Source: a virus
Lineage: Duplodnaviria; Caudoviricetes
Virus record (IMG/VR): IMGVR_UViG_3300038393_001615
Location: 1-43,631 of that record
Length of the DNA: 43,631 nt
Direction: 5' to 3' (one strand)
The first letter of the stretch is position 1. Every line of letters begins with the position of its first letter. Below the pieces are notes generated by a model. It was not told where the DNA came from and did not search any database. It was given only the letters and a program-made list of their open reading frames with translations. Below, piece after piece: positions 10,001 to 16,984 of this stretch. Made by a program: the position numbers and the translations under genes.

Positions 10001-11561
10001 CACGACGACTGCCGGGTCCAACTACTTCGTCCAGGGCGTCAGCCGCGTCTACGGCACGGCGCCTGCGGGGGCGGTCAGCGCCTGCGTGGAGATCGAGTTC
10101 GACAGTCACACTTCTGGCTTCTATACCGCCACGTCCGCCTGGATCGCCGCCGGCCACGCCAGCGCCGACGAGATCCCCGAGTCGGACGTGCGCAAGTGGG
10201 CGGCGGAGAGCGGCGCAGACGTGACCGCCGGCAAGAGCCTCGACGTCCTCGTGGACGGCACCTACGTGCGCCAAATGATGCCTACGGGCACGGGCTACGC
10301 GTGGCCGATCGACAACGCTACGATGGCGGCGCAGGCAGCCTGGGGGGATGGGGGCAACGGGCATGCGTACTACCAAGGCGCTGGCCCCGCGCCGGCTGTC
10401 GGCAGCCAGTACCTGGTGCTGCAGGCGACGGCCGCCGGCGGGTATATCCAGTACTACCGAATGTTCCCCGTTGTTCCAGGCGACAACATTTCGGCCACGG
10501 CGCTCATTTATGCGGCGTCGGGGATCAACTGCTATCTAGCCGTCAATTTTCTCAACGCTGCGGGCAGCTATATCGGTCGCTTTACGACCCAAGGTTCCAC
10601 ATCGGTAGCGTGGCTTACCCGCCAGGGCAGCGGCGTGGTTCCCGTAGGAGCAGTAAAGGCGTACCTCACGCTGGGCATGGACGCGGCGGGTTACGCGGCG
10701 CTCAACTTTCTATCGGTAGCGACGAACGATGTTCGGGTCGCTGGCAGCGGCGCGCGCCTCGGTGATCTGCGCAACCAGGTGATGGTCGGCGTGGGCAACT
10801 ACGCCTCGGGCTGGACCGGCGGCGGCATCACGTACAGCGCGACCACGACCAGCGCGACCATCAGCGTTGCCGCCGGCACGCTGCAGATCGGCAGCGCCTC
10901 GCTGACCTACAACGCGTCCAGCACGACGGTTAGCGGCTCGGCCGGCGCGACCCGCACCTACTACCTCTACTACGACGACGGCGGGTTCACCGGCGGCGCC
11001 AAGACCCTCAACGCCACGACCAGCACGATCACCGCGCTGGCGGCAGACGGCCGCGTGTTGATCGGCAGCGTGACCTTCACCTTCCCGACCAGCGGCACGG
11101 GCTCTGGCGGCGGCGGCACGAGCTGCCCCAGTGTGGATGCGTGGGTGATCCGCCGGGTCGAGGACTCGGAGGGCGACTACGAGCACGTCCGCGCTGGCGA
11201 GATCGAAGTCGACGACTACCTGCTGCTCACCAGCGGCGCCTGGGGCCGGGTGACCTACTCCAACCGCGTGCTGCAGCCGGGCGTTCGCGTGTACGATCGC
11301 GACGGCCACACGCTGACGTGCTCGCGCAGCGCTCCGCTGGAGCTGGCTGGCGGCGCTGGCATCACGGCCGCGCATGCCAAGGGTCATTCGGTTCGAGTCC
11401 GCCACGCCGGCGCTACGCGGCTGGCGCAGATCGCCCAGACAGAGGACGTCGGTGCACTATGGGTCCAGCACATCACCTGCGAGAACGACTACTTCTGGAC
11501 GGGCGACTTCCCGACGTTCCTGTTCGCGCATCACAATCTCAAGCCGATCGGCAACAACTGA
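7062..11561 (+). CDS. Central tail fibre / tip attachment protein J with C-terminal carbohydrate-binding-like modules and a terminal Hint domain
   Basis: GAKGGG..PDTL, LVSEGPI, KLRYPNSA, WDGSFKPAWTNNPAWIFYDL, QYCDQLVPDGRGGQEPRF, FN3-like segment; GSGGGGTS-C1355...HHN1492. Confidence 0.95.
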   Translation: MNAVLKGAKGGGSQPQGSTEAPDTLTSTARARILDLVSEGPILGFRNGGTNPLQDVYLNETPVANPDGSLNFSDVYIDSRSGTNTQDYMPGFPAVENEFGVGTELKSTAPWAQAINNLDLTAVRIRLSVPSLQQSNASTGDITGYRIAYTIELSTDGGAFVQVVSSAFSGKTSSKYERTHRIPLPAATTGWTVRVTRLTANKNLATVADTTTVESYTEIIDAKLRYPNSALVGIIIDAQQFSNIPTRAYDLYGRIVSVPSNYDPTTRAYTGVWDGSFKPAWTNNPAWIFYDLATHPRYGLGRYVTAALMNKWVLYSIAQYCDQLVPDGRGGQEPRFTCSLYMQTQADAYKVLNDLASVFRGQMYWAGGAIQAVADMPGDPDYDYSPANVINGEFQYAGSGRKTRYTVAQVSWNDPDDFGRAKVETVIDRDGLKRYGFQPTPIIAVGCTSKGQAQRLGLWVLYTARLETETVVFKVGADGIVANPGRIVRVFDPARAGKRQAGRIHSATTTSVVVDQMPDLVAIGDTISCTTSDAVTETRTISAIDGPSKTITVSSAFSEVPAAETMWGVESMSLVAATYRVLSVAEPASTDEALEYTITALRHNASKFDAVDIGAAIEDPPITTIPPPSQQGPAQVVLSAAPVKGAVLVSIQLNIQWLPALGAVKYRVEWRRDNGSWNELAPQTGLSVDLPNADPGSYEARVFAIGAGGNSSLPVYADALAVDDPTTLPTTVEAIQTQANEAATDSSNALAQLAYIASDNTLAQGEKSLVLRDYSVITTEQAGIDAEAARYNITTEKTAYDNAISAWSAYLGTLTTPTLWSDISGDTDIVGATWRAKWTAVYTARQTLLNKILASAKANGDYAVNLGLSAPVVNPTFRNGLDSWTFDTAGAGEWATGSGGNTPDSAQTTFLQHTGVAGQVTTCAHNTGGGIPVKVGQTVTAMVALRAVNPNATARAYVRIGWRNSAGALFSNSTQGVTICTTTAGSNYFVQGVSRVYGTAPAGAVSACVEIEFDSHTSGFYTATSAWIAAGHASADEIPESDVRKWAAESGADVTAGKSLDVLVDGTYVRQMMPTGTGYAWPIDNATMAAQAAWGDGGNGHAYYQGAGPAPAVGSQYLVLQATAAGGYIQYYRMFPVVPGDNISATALIYAASGINCYLAVNFLNAAGSYIGRFTTQGSTSVAWLTRQGSGVVPVGAVKAYLTLGMDAAGYAALNFLSVATNDVRVAGSGARLGDLRNQVMVGVGNYASGWTGGGITYSATTTSATISVAAGTLQIGSASLTYNASSTTVSGSAGATRTYYLYYDDGGFTGGAKTLNATTSTITALAADGRVLIGSVTFTFPTSGTGSGGGGTSCPSVDAWVIRRVEDSEGDYEHVRAGEIEVDDYLLLTSGAWGRVTYSNRVLQPGVRVYDRDGHTLTCSRSAPLELAGGAGITAAHAKGHSVRVRHAGATRLAQIAQTEDVGALWVQHITCENDYFWTGDFPTFLFAHHNLKPIGNN

Positions 11562-11575
11562 CGGGGAAACGCGCC

Positions 11576-12088
11576 GTGACCTACCAGAAAACCACCCTCG
11601 CCCTGGCCAACCCCGAGCAAGCGATTGCGCTCGCACTCGCGCAGTTCTCGGTCGTGGACGCCTCGCTGGCGCAGGAGCTGCAAGCCGCGGGCGCAACAGT
11701 GCTGCTCGATGACGGTACGCGCGTGTGGGCCTCCTGCGTGGTGCACGATCGACCGGAGACGCCGCAGATCGACTTCCTCACCGCGGCCATCGCGTGCAAC
11801 GCTGACGGCACGCCTTGGCTCAAGGCGAATGGCCAGATGGTCTGCTCGGTGTTCTGGAGCGCCGTGTCGCCTGACCGCCTGGCCGAGTTGAGCATCGGCG
11901 TGGTGCGCAAGGCGCTGCTGATGGTGGTTCTCGGCGAGCCGCAGCCGCAGGTGCCGATCCCGGTGCCGGCCGAGGGTGGCCCGACGGAGCAAGATGCGCT
12001 GCCGGGCGTCCACGCGGACTCTCATTCGATCCGCACGGCGATCACCGCGGCCAACGAGCTGACCGCGCCGCTGGTCGACGTCCTCTAA
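11576..12088 (+). CDS. Hypothetical protein (170 aa), last gene of the tail operon
   Basis: GTG after a GGGG RBS-like site; phage-like codon usage; no motif recognised. Confidence 0.7.
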   Translation: MTYQKTTLALANPEQAIALALAQFSVVDASLAQELQAAGATVLLDDGTRVWASCVVHDRPETPQIDFLTAAIACNADGTPWLKANGQMVCSVFWSAVSPDRLAELSIGVVRKALLMVVLGEPQPQVPIPVPAEGGPTEQDALPGVHADSHSIRTAITAANELTAPLVDVL

Positions 12089-12089
12089 C

Positions 12090-14504
12090 TCACTTGCGGT
12101 AGCGGCGGCCGCGCCACGCGCCGGCTGCCTTGATCGGCCACGGTCCCTTCGCGTCGCACGCCCAGGGCGGCATGCGGCCCATGATCGCGGTGTATTCCTC
12201 GCACGACCCGAAGCCGACCGGCACCTCGCTGACGTTCTCGTCGTACACGTGCAGCACCAGCGGATAGCCGGCCGCTTCGAGGTTCACCTGGCTGTAGCGC
12301 AAGATGTCGTTGGCCACGGCCTGGCAGGCGTTCTCCAGCAGCTTGCCGGCGTAGGTGTAGAGCGTCACCCAGCCCTTCGCGCCCATCTTCGGGTTCGTGT
12401 TGTAACCCTCGTAGCTGATCGAGAGGCCGCGCCAGGAGTCCTTGGCGGGGCGCAGCCGTGGATGGTGATAGAACAGGCACCGGCCGCTGGGCAGGCGCAT
12501 ATGCAGCACGTCCTGGTAGACGAACATCGTCAGGCCCGAGTGCGTGCCGTCGAGGCGCATGACGGGAAACTCGAAGCCCGGCTGCTGGATCGCCGCCACC
12601 GCCATGCCTTCGAGCCCGTAGAGGTGCGGCCGGCGCTGGTAGCCGCGGCCGATCGACTGGCCGCCGCCCAGGTGCACGATGGCCGGCGAGGCGTTACGCC
12701 AGGCGATGCACAGCTCGCGCGCCTCATCGTCGGTGCCCTGGTAGCCGCCCATGTCGCGCAGGGCTCCAATCCAGCCCAGATAGCCCAGCGCCAGCTCGGC
12801 GACCTTGCCTTTCTTGCGCAGCGGGTGGTGGTTGCCGGTGTCGGTCTTGTACTGCAGCAGCTCCGACAGCTGCATGTTGAACATCGCCGCGGCCGACGCC
12901 TCGTAGATCTTGCCGTGGGTGCGAAACACCTCCAGGCGCCATTGCTCGCCGGCGAGCGCCGCATTGACCACAGCCTCGATCGCCGAGAAGTCCGCGCAGA
13001 TGTGCTCGTGCCCGTCGTCGGTGCAGAACAAGCCGCGCAGGCAGCCCGCCATTGTGCGCAGCGCGTCGCCCCAGATCGCCTCGACCTGATCGAGCGAGCC
13101 GGTGCGGACGGTCGCCAGCGCGTCTTCCATCGCGTCGGCGTTCCACTCGTGGGCCTTGGCGTTCGGCGCGCGCACGCTGCGGCACCACGGGCACACGAAC
13201 CGATCGCTGGGGAACCAGTGATGGCACGCGGCGCAATGGAACACCTCGGGGCCGGAGTTGGGCAGGTTCGTCGGCTGCGGGCCGTTGCCGGTCGGGCGGC
13301 CGGTGCGTGCACCGTGGAAGGTAAAGAGGTCGTGTAGTCGGTCAGCGCGGGTGAGTTGGTTGCGGATGGCGAAAACCTTTTTCACCGAGGCGCTGCCGAC
13401 GGCTTGACGGATCTCCAGCGCGCGGCGCACCGCCGGCCGGTTCTCGATCGTGCGCAGGTTCTCGTACTGCAGCGCGAGGTCTAGGCCCGATTCCGGGTCG
13501 ACCCATTGCGTCGCTTCGAGCTTGTCGGCGAGATCGAGCTGCGCGAGCGCGTCGTCGACCTGTTCCTCGTCGAGCCCGTTGAGGTACATCTTGTGCCCGC
13601 CGATCCACTCGACCAGCTTCTCAACCTCGCTCGCCCGCGCGACGGTGCCGCCGGTCAAGACCGCCAGCTCGCCGTTGTAGCGCTCCAGCACCTGGTTCAC
13701 GACGGCGCAGCAGGCCTCGGTGCTGGCCCGGTCGATGTGGACGCCACGCGTGTTGATCGCCTGGTCGATGAACCAATACTGCAGCTCCGGCGCCGGCAGA
13801 TCCGGCACGCGGCTGGAGATCTCCGCCTCGGCCTCGATGTCGCGCACGTTGTAGGCGTAGAGCTTCGGGCCGTCGACCGGATCTTCCTCGGGCCGGATGC
13901 GCCGGCGCGCGTCGGCCTTGGTCGGCTTGCGCGGCATCGAGAACAGCTTGAGCAGGCGTTTGCCGTCGGCGTCTTTCTTGGCGTCGATGTTCAACACGTC
14001 GCCCACGTCGCCCAGCGACGGCGGCAGCGCCCACGCGCGGCACTTGGCCATCGAGCAGCGAAACTGCGCATCGAGCATCGGCGGCCAGCCGAGGCGCTTG
14101 ACCATGACGTTGCGGTAGATCCAGCGCTCGAAGCCGGCGTTGTGCGCTTCGAGGATGCCACCGGAGACGATGTGCACCACGAGGTCGACCGGCATCGGCA
14201 TCGGCATGCCAGGCCGCCACCAGCGCTTCCCCAGGCCGTCCTTGAGGTCGTAGGCGAGGCTAAGCACCTCCGTTGACGGGTGCTCGCTGTAAGCGGCCGC
14301 ACCGATCACGGGGAGGCCCGCCTTGCCCTTCGGCGCACCCTCCGGCCCGGTCCACTTCTGCTGGCCCTCCAACCAGACGTAGCCGGCCTCGCTGTAGGTC
14401 TCGAAGTCCCAGTCGGGATAGACGGTCGCGACGCCAAGGCCGGCACGGAGCTGGTAGCCGGCGGGCAGATCCGCCAGGCGTGGAGGGGGAGGTGCAAGGA
14501 TCAC
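12090..14504 (-). CDS. Family A DNA polymerase with 3'-5' exonuclease
   Basis: ExoI DFETYS, AHNAGFER, GARTGR, motif A ADFSAIE, motif B RKKGKVAELALGY, ENACQAVANDIL, motif C LHVYDE; probable GTG start overlapping the upstream stop. Confidence 0.93.
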   Translation of the reverse strand: MILAPPPPRLADLPAGYQLRAGLGVATVYPDWDFETYSEAGYVWLEGQQKWTGPEGAPKGKAGLPVIGAAAYSEHPSTEVLSLAYDLKDGLGKRWWRPGMPMPMPVDLVVHIVSGGILEAHNAGFERWIYRNVMVKRLGWPPMLDAQFRCSMAKCRAWALPPSLGDVGDVLNIDAKKDADGKRLLKLFSMPRKPTKADARRRIRPEEDPVDGPKLYAYNVRDIEAEAEISSRVPDLPAPELQYWFIDQAINTRGVHIDRASTEACCAVVNQVLERYNGELAVLTGGTVARASEVEKLVEWIGGHKMYLNGLDEEQVDDALAQLDLADKLEATQWVDPESGLDLALQYENLRTIENRPAVRRALEIRQAVGSASVKKVFAIRNQLTRADRLHDLFTFHGARTGRPTGNGPQPTNLPNSGPEVFHCAACHHWFPSDRFVCPWCRSVRAPNAKAHEWNADAMEDALATVRTGSLDQVEAIWGDALRTMAGCLRGLFCTDDGHEHICADFSAIEAVVNAALAGEQWRLEVFRTHGKIYEASAAAMFNMQLSELLQYKTDTGNHHPLRKKGKVAELALGYLGWIGALRDMGGYQGTDDEARELCIAWRNASPAIVHLGGGQSIGRGYQRRPHLYGLEGMAVAAIQQPGFEFPVMRLDGTHSGLTMFVYQDVLHMRLPSGRCLFYHHPRLRPAKDSWRGLSISYEGYNTNPKMGAKGWVTLYTYAGKLLENACQAVANDILRYSQVNLEAAGYPLVLHVYDENVSEVPVGFGSCEEYTAIMGRMPPWACDAKGPWPIKAAGAWRGRRYRK

Positions 14505-14770
14505 AGGTACACTCGATGGCCGGCGGCGAAGATGCAGCACGCGGGGTACTGCGTGCCCGTGAGGAAAGTCCAGCCCGTCGCGCGGTGCACCTCATGGCAA
14601 CTCGGGCACATCCAACGGCCGCGGTCCTTGCGCCACTCCGTCGTGTGCGTGTGCAGCACGTTGTACTCGCGGGCGATGCGTGCCTTGCGCTCGGCCAGCT
14701 TGCGCGCGGCGCGGCGCGTGCGGGCCTTGGCCAGCATCTCGCCGGCGACAGCGATGAGATCTCGGATCAT
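14501..14770 (-). CDS. Small basic hypothetical protein with CxxC
   Basis: MIRDLIAVAGE...WMCPSCH...PACC; stop overlaps the polymerase start (GTGA). Confidence 0.65.
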   Translation of the reverse strand: MIRDLIAVAGEMLAKARTRRAARKLAERKARIAREYNVLHTHTTEWRKDRGRWMCPSCHEVHRATGWTFLTGTQYPACCIFAAGHRVYL

Positions 14771-14772
14771 CG

Positions 14773-15675
14773 TCAGGCGTCCTGCGGCCGGGGGAGACCG
14801 AACCACATCTCCAGGTAAATGAACAGCCGCTGCAGCTCCAGAATCGCCAGCGTCGCGCGCTGGTCGTAGGTGGCGTCATCGGCCGAGTCGTCGAACACGC
14901 AGTCGTCGAAGGCGAGCTTGCGGATCACCAGATCCTCGCCCAGCACCATGCGCATCTTGCCGTCGAAGTCGACCCCGAGGCGGTAGACCTGTTTGCCGTT
15001 GCGCAGGTTCTCCTGCACGTCGTCGGCTGCGAGATCCTGCCGGCGGAAGCGCGCGATGGCGCCCGTGTTGCTCGCCGGGTCGCGCAGCTCGCACTCGTCG
15101 CCGAGGGTCAGCTGCGTCGGCAGATGATCCCGTGAGTAGAGCCAGTCGGTCAGCAGCACGCGCGGGCCTTCCTCGGGCGCGAGCGGCACGGCCGGGAACG
15201 ATCCCAGTGCCTCGCGCAGCTCGGTCAAGACCAGCTCGCCGCGCTTGCGGCTGGACGTGTCGATGACCAGGTAGCCGTTGGCCAGATCCACGTAGCCGTC
15301 GGTCGGCATGTAGCGCACCGGCGCGTGGGGCAGCATCTGGGTGATGACGTCTTCCTTGATCCTCTTGCGCTCGCGGCCGCCGACCTTCCGGCCTTCCTCG
15401 TCGGCGATGGCGCGCACGCGCTTCTCGACCTCTTGGTTGACCGAGGCCGTCGGCAGCAAGCGATCGTGGGTGCCGACCCGGAAGATGATGCAGCCGGACA
15501 CGTCGCGCGTCATGGCCGGGTCACCATGTAGCGGTTGCGCGAAGCCGCTGGTGTGCAGCTCCTGCGGGCCGGGGGAGCGCACGGGGCGCTCGGCGACCAC
15601 GCCGGGCAGGTTCACCATCAGATCCGCCGCGACGGCCGCGGAGAAACGAAACAGGGTGAGGTTGCGTGGTTTCAT
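14773..15675 (-). CDS. rdgC: Recombination-associated protein RdgC
   Basis: RNLTLFRF...EGRKVGGRERKRIKED...DTSSRKRGE...LGSFPAVP...LGDECELRD...GKQVYRL...RKLAF. Confidence 0.9.
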   Translation of the reverse strand: MKPRNLTLFRFSAAVAADLMVNLPGVVAERPVRSPGPQELHTSGFAQPLHGDPAMTRDVSGCIIFRVGTHDRLLPTASVNQEVEKRVRAIADEEGRKVGGRERKRIKEDVITQMLPHAPVRYMPTDGYVDLANGYLVIDTSSRKRGELVLTELREALGSFPAVPLAPEEGPRVLLTDWLYSRDHLPTQLTLGDECELRDPASNTGAIARFRRQDLAADDVQENLRNGKQVYRLGVDFDGKMRMVLGEDLVIRKLAFDDCVFDDSADDATYDQRATLAILELQRLFIYLEMWFGLPRPQDA

Positions 15676-15980
15676 TGGGCGAGGCTCTGCACGCAAGTGT
15701 CGTAGCTGGCCGCCAGCACGTCGCCGGCGTCAAGCCCGTGGGCGTTCTGCTCGGCGACCTCGCGCGTGTTGCGGGTCAGCGGCAGCATGTCGAGCGCGCG
15801 CATCTTCGCCTCGATCTCCGCGTCCGATGCGCCGGCGTTGGTCTCGGCGACCACGAACGAGGTCGAGTCGGCCAGCAGGCGGCAGAAGTGCGCGTCGCGC
15901 TGCTGGGAGTGGGACAGGTAGCTTTGGGCGTTGGCGGCCAGCGGCAGCGCGAACGCGATGAGCACGAGCATCTTGCGCAT
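15672..15980 (-). CDS. Exported hypothetical protein (Sec signal peptide)
   Basis: MRKMLVLIAFALPLAANA-Q: basic N-terminus, hydrophobic core, AxA cleavage site; two Cys; AGGAG RBS. Confidence 0.75.
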   Translation of the reverse strand: MRKMLVLIAFALPLAANAQSYLSHSQQRDAHFCRLLADSTSFVVAETNAGASDAEIEAKMRALDMLPLTRNTREVAEQNAHGLDAGDVLAASYDTCVQSLAQ

Positions 15981-15993
15981 GACGGATCTCCTG

Positions 15994-16033
15994 AAAAAGC
16001 CCGCGGCGTGCTCTGGGGAGACAGCGCCGCGGG
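15994..16033 (-). terminator. Putative intrinsic terminator after the SSB-like gene
   Basis: Minus strand CCCGCGGCG...CGCCGCGGG stem followed by CTTTTT. Confidence 0.6.
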
Positions 16034-16054
16034 AAGTGGCCCCGGTAGCGGGGA

Positions 16055-16984
16055 TTACGCGGCCAGCAGGCCGTGTTGGATGAGCTGCGCGTCGGTCCAG
16101 CCGTTCGCGATGTAGCTCTCGTAGGGCACGCCGTTGGCCGCGGCGGTCATCACCTTGGCCGGCGGAGCGGCCGGGGCTGCGGGAGCCCCAGGCGCAGCCG
16201 GAGCAGCCAGGATCGCCGGGTTCGGCGCGACGGGCGTCGGAGTCACCGGAGCAGCCGGCGTCACCGGGGCGCCCGGCAGCGGCGCAGCGCCACCAGCAGG
16301 AGCACCCGGAAGCGGGGCGCCCGGCAGCGGAGCACCACCGGCCGGCGGGGTCATGGTCGTCACCGGCACGGAGCTGGCGCCGGCGGGCAATGCCTGGTTG
16401 CCGAAGCCCACGGCCGATGCATCCGGGCCGACGGTGATCTCGGGGCCGAAGCCCGAGTGCGCCACCATCCCGTGGTTGATGAACATGCCGGGCTTCTGCG
16501 TCGACTCGTTGCTACCCACGGTGCCGAACACCTGCACGTAGTGGCCCAGCTTGATCGCGGCCGCGTCGACCGTGGAGGTGCCCTTCGCGTCGAAGGTCTT
16601 GGGCGCGAAGCCGCTGGAGAAAAAGACGATCCAGTGACCCGGCCAGCCCTCGTTGTCGCAGGGCTTCTTACCCTTGAGGTTCGGAATCTGGCTGTCGCCG
16701 TCCTTCACCTTCCACGCGAATTGCGGACTGTTGTACTGACCCTGCGGCCAGCAGCGCAGACCCTCGGCGTAGATCTTCTGGCCCCACTCCGTCTGCGCCC
16801 ACGACTGCTCGCCGGTCTTCGGGATCGCGACGGCAAAGAAGTAGTCGACGCGCGGCTGGCCAGCCGAAGGGCCGGACTTGATGGTGAGGGGGCGACCTTC
16901 CGCATCCTTGTCCTGCGGCTTGGTCAGGGAGCCGGCGACCAGGCGGCCGATCGGAAACAGGACTTCAATTTTCTGGGTGCTCAT
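16055..16984 (-). CDS. Putative single-stranded DNA-binding protein with a Pro/Ala linker and short C-terminal domain
   Basis: Beta-rich N-terminal domain (FAVAIPK, KVKDGD, PGMFINH) in the usual SSB position next to the Cas4-like nuclease and polymerase; the function is inferred from synteny. Confidence 0.6.
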   Translation of the reverse strand: MSTQKIEVLFPIGRLVAGSLTKPQDKDAEGRPLTIKSGPSAGQPRVDYFFAVAIPKTGEQSWAQTEWGQKIYAEGLRCWPQGQYNSPQFAWKVKDGDSQIPNLKGKKPCDNEGWPGHWIVFFSSGFAPKTFDAKGTSTVDAAAIKLGHYVQVFGTVGSNESTQKPGMFINHGMVAHSGFGPEITVGPDASAVGFGNQALPAGASSVPVTTMTPPAGGAPLPGAPLPGAPAGGAAPLPGAPVTPAAPVTPTPVAPNPAILAAPAAPGAPAAPAAPPAKVMTAAANGVPYESYIANGWTDAQLIQHGLLAA

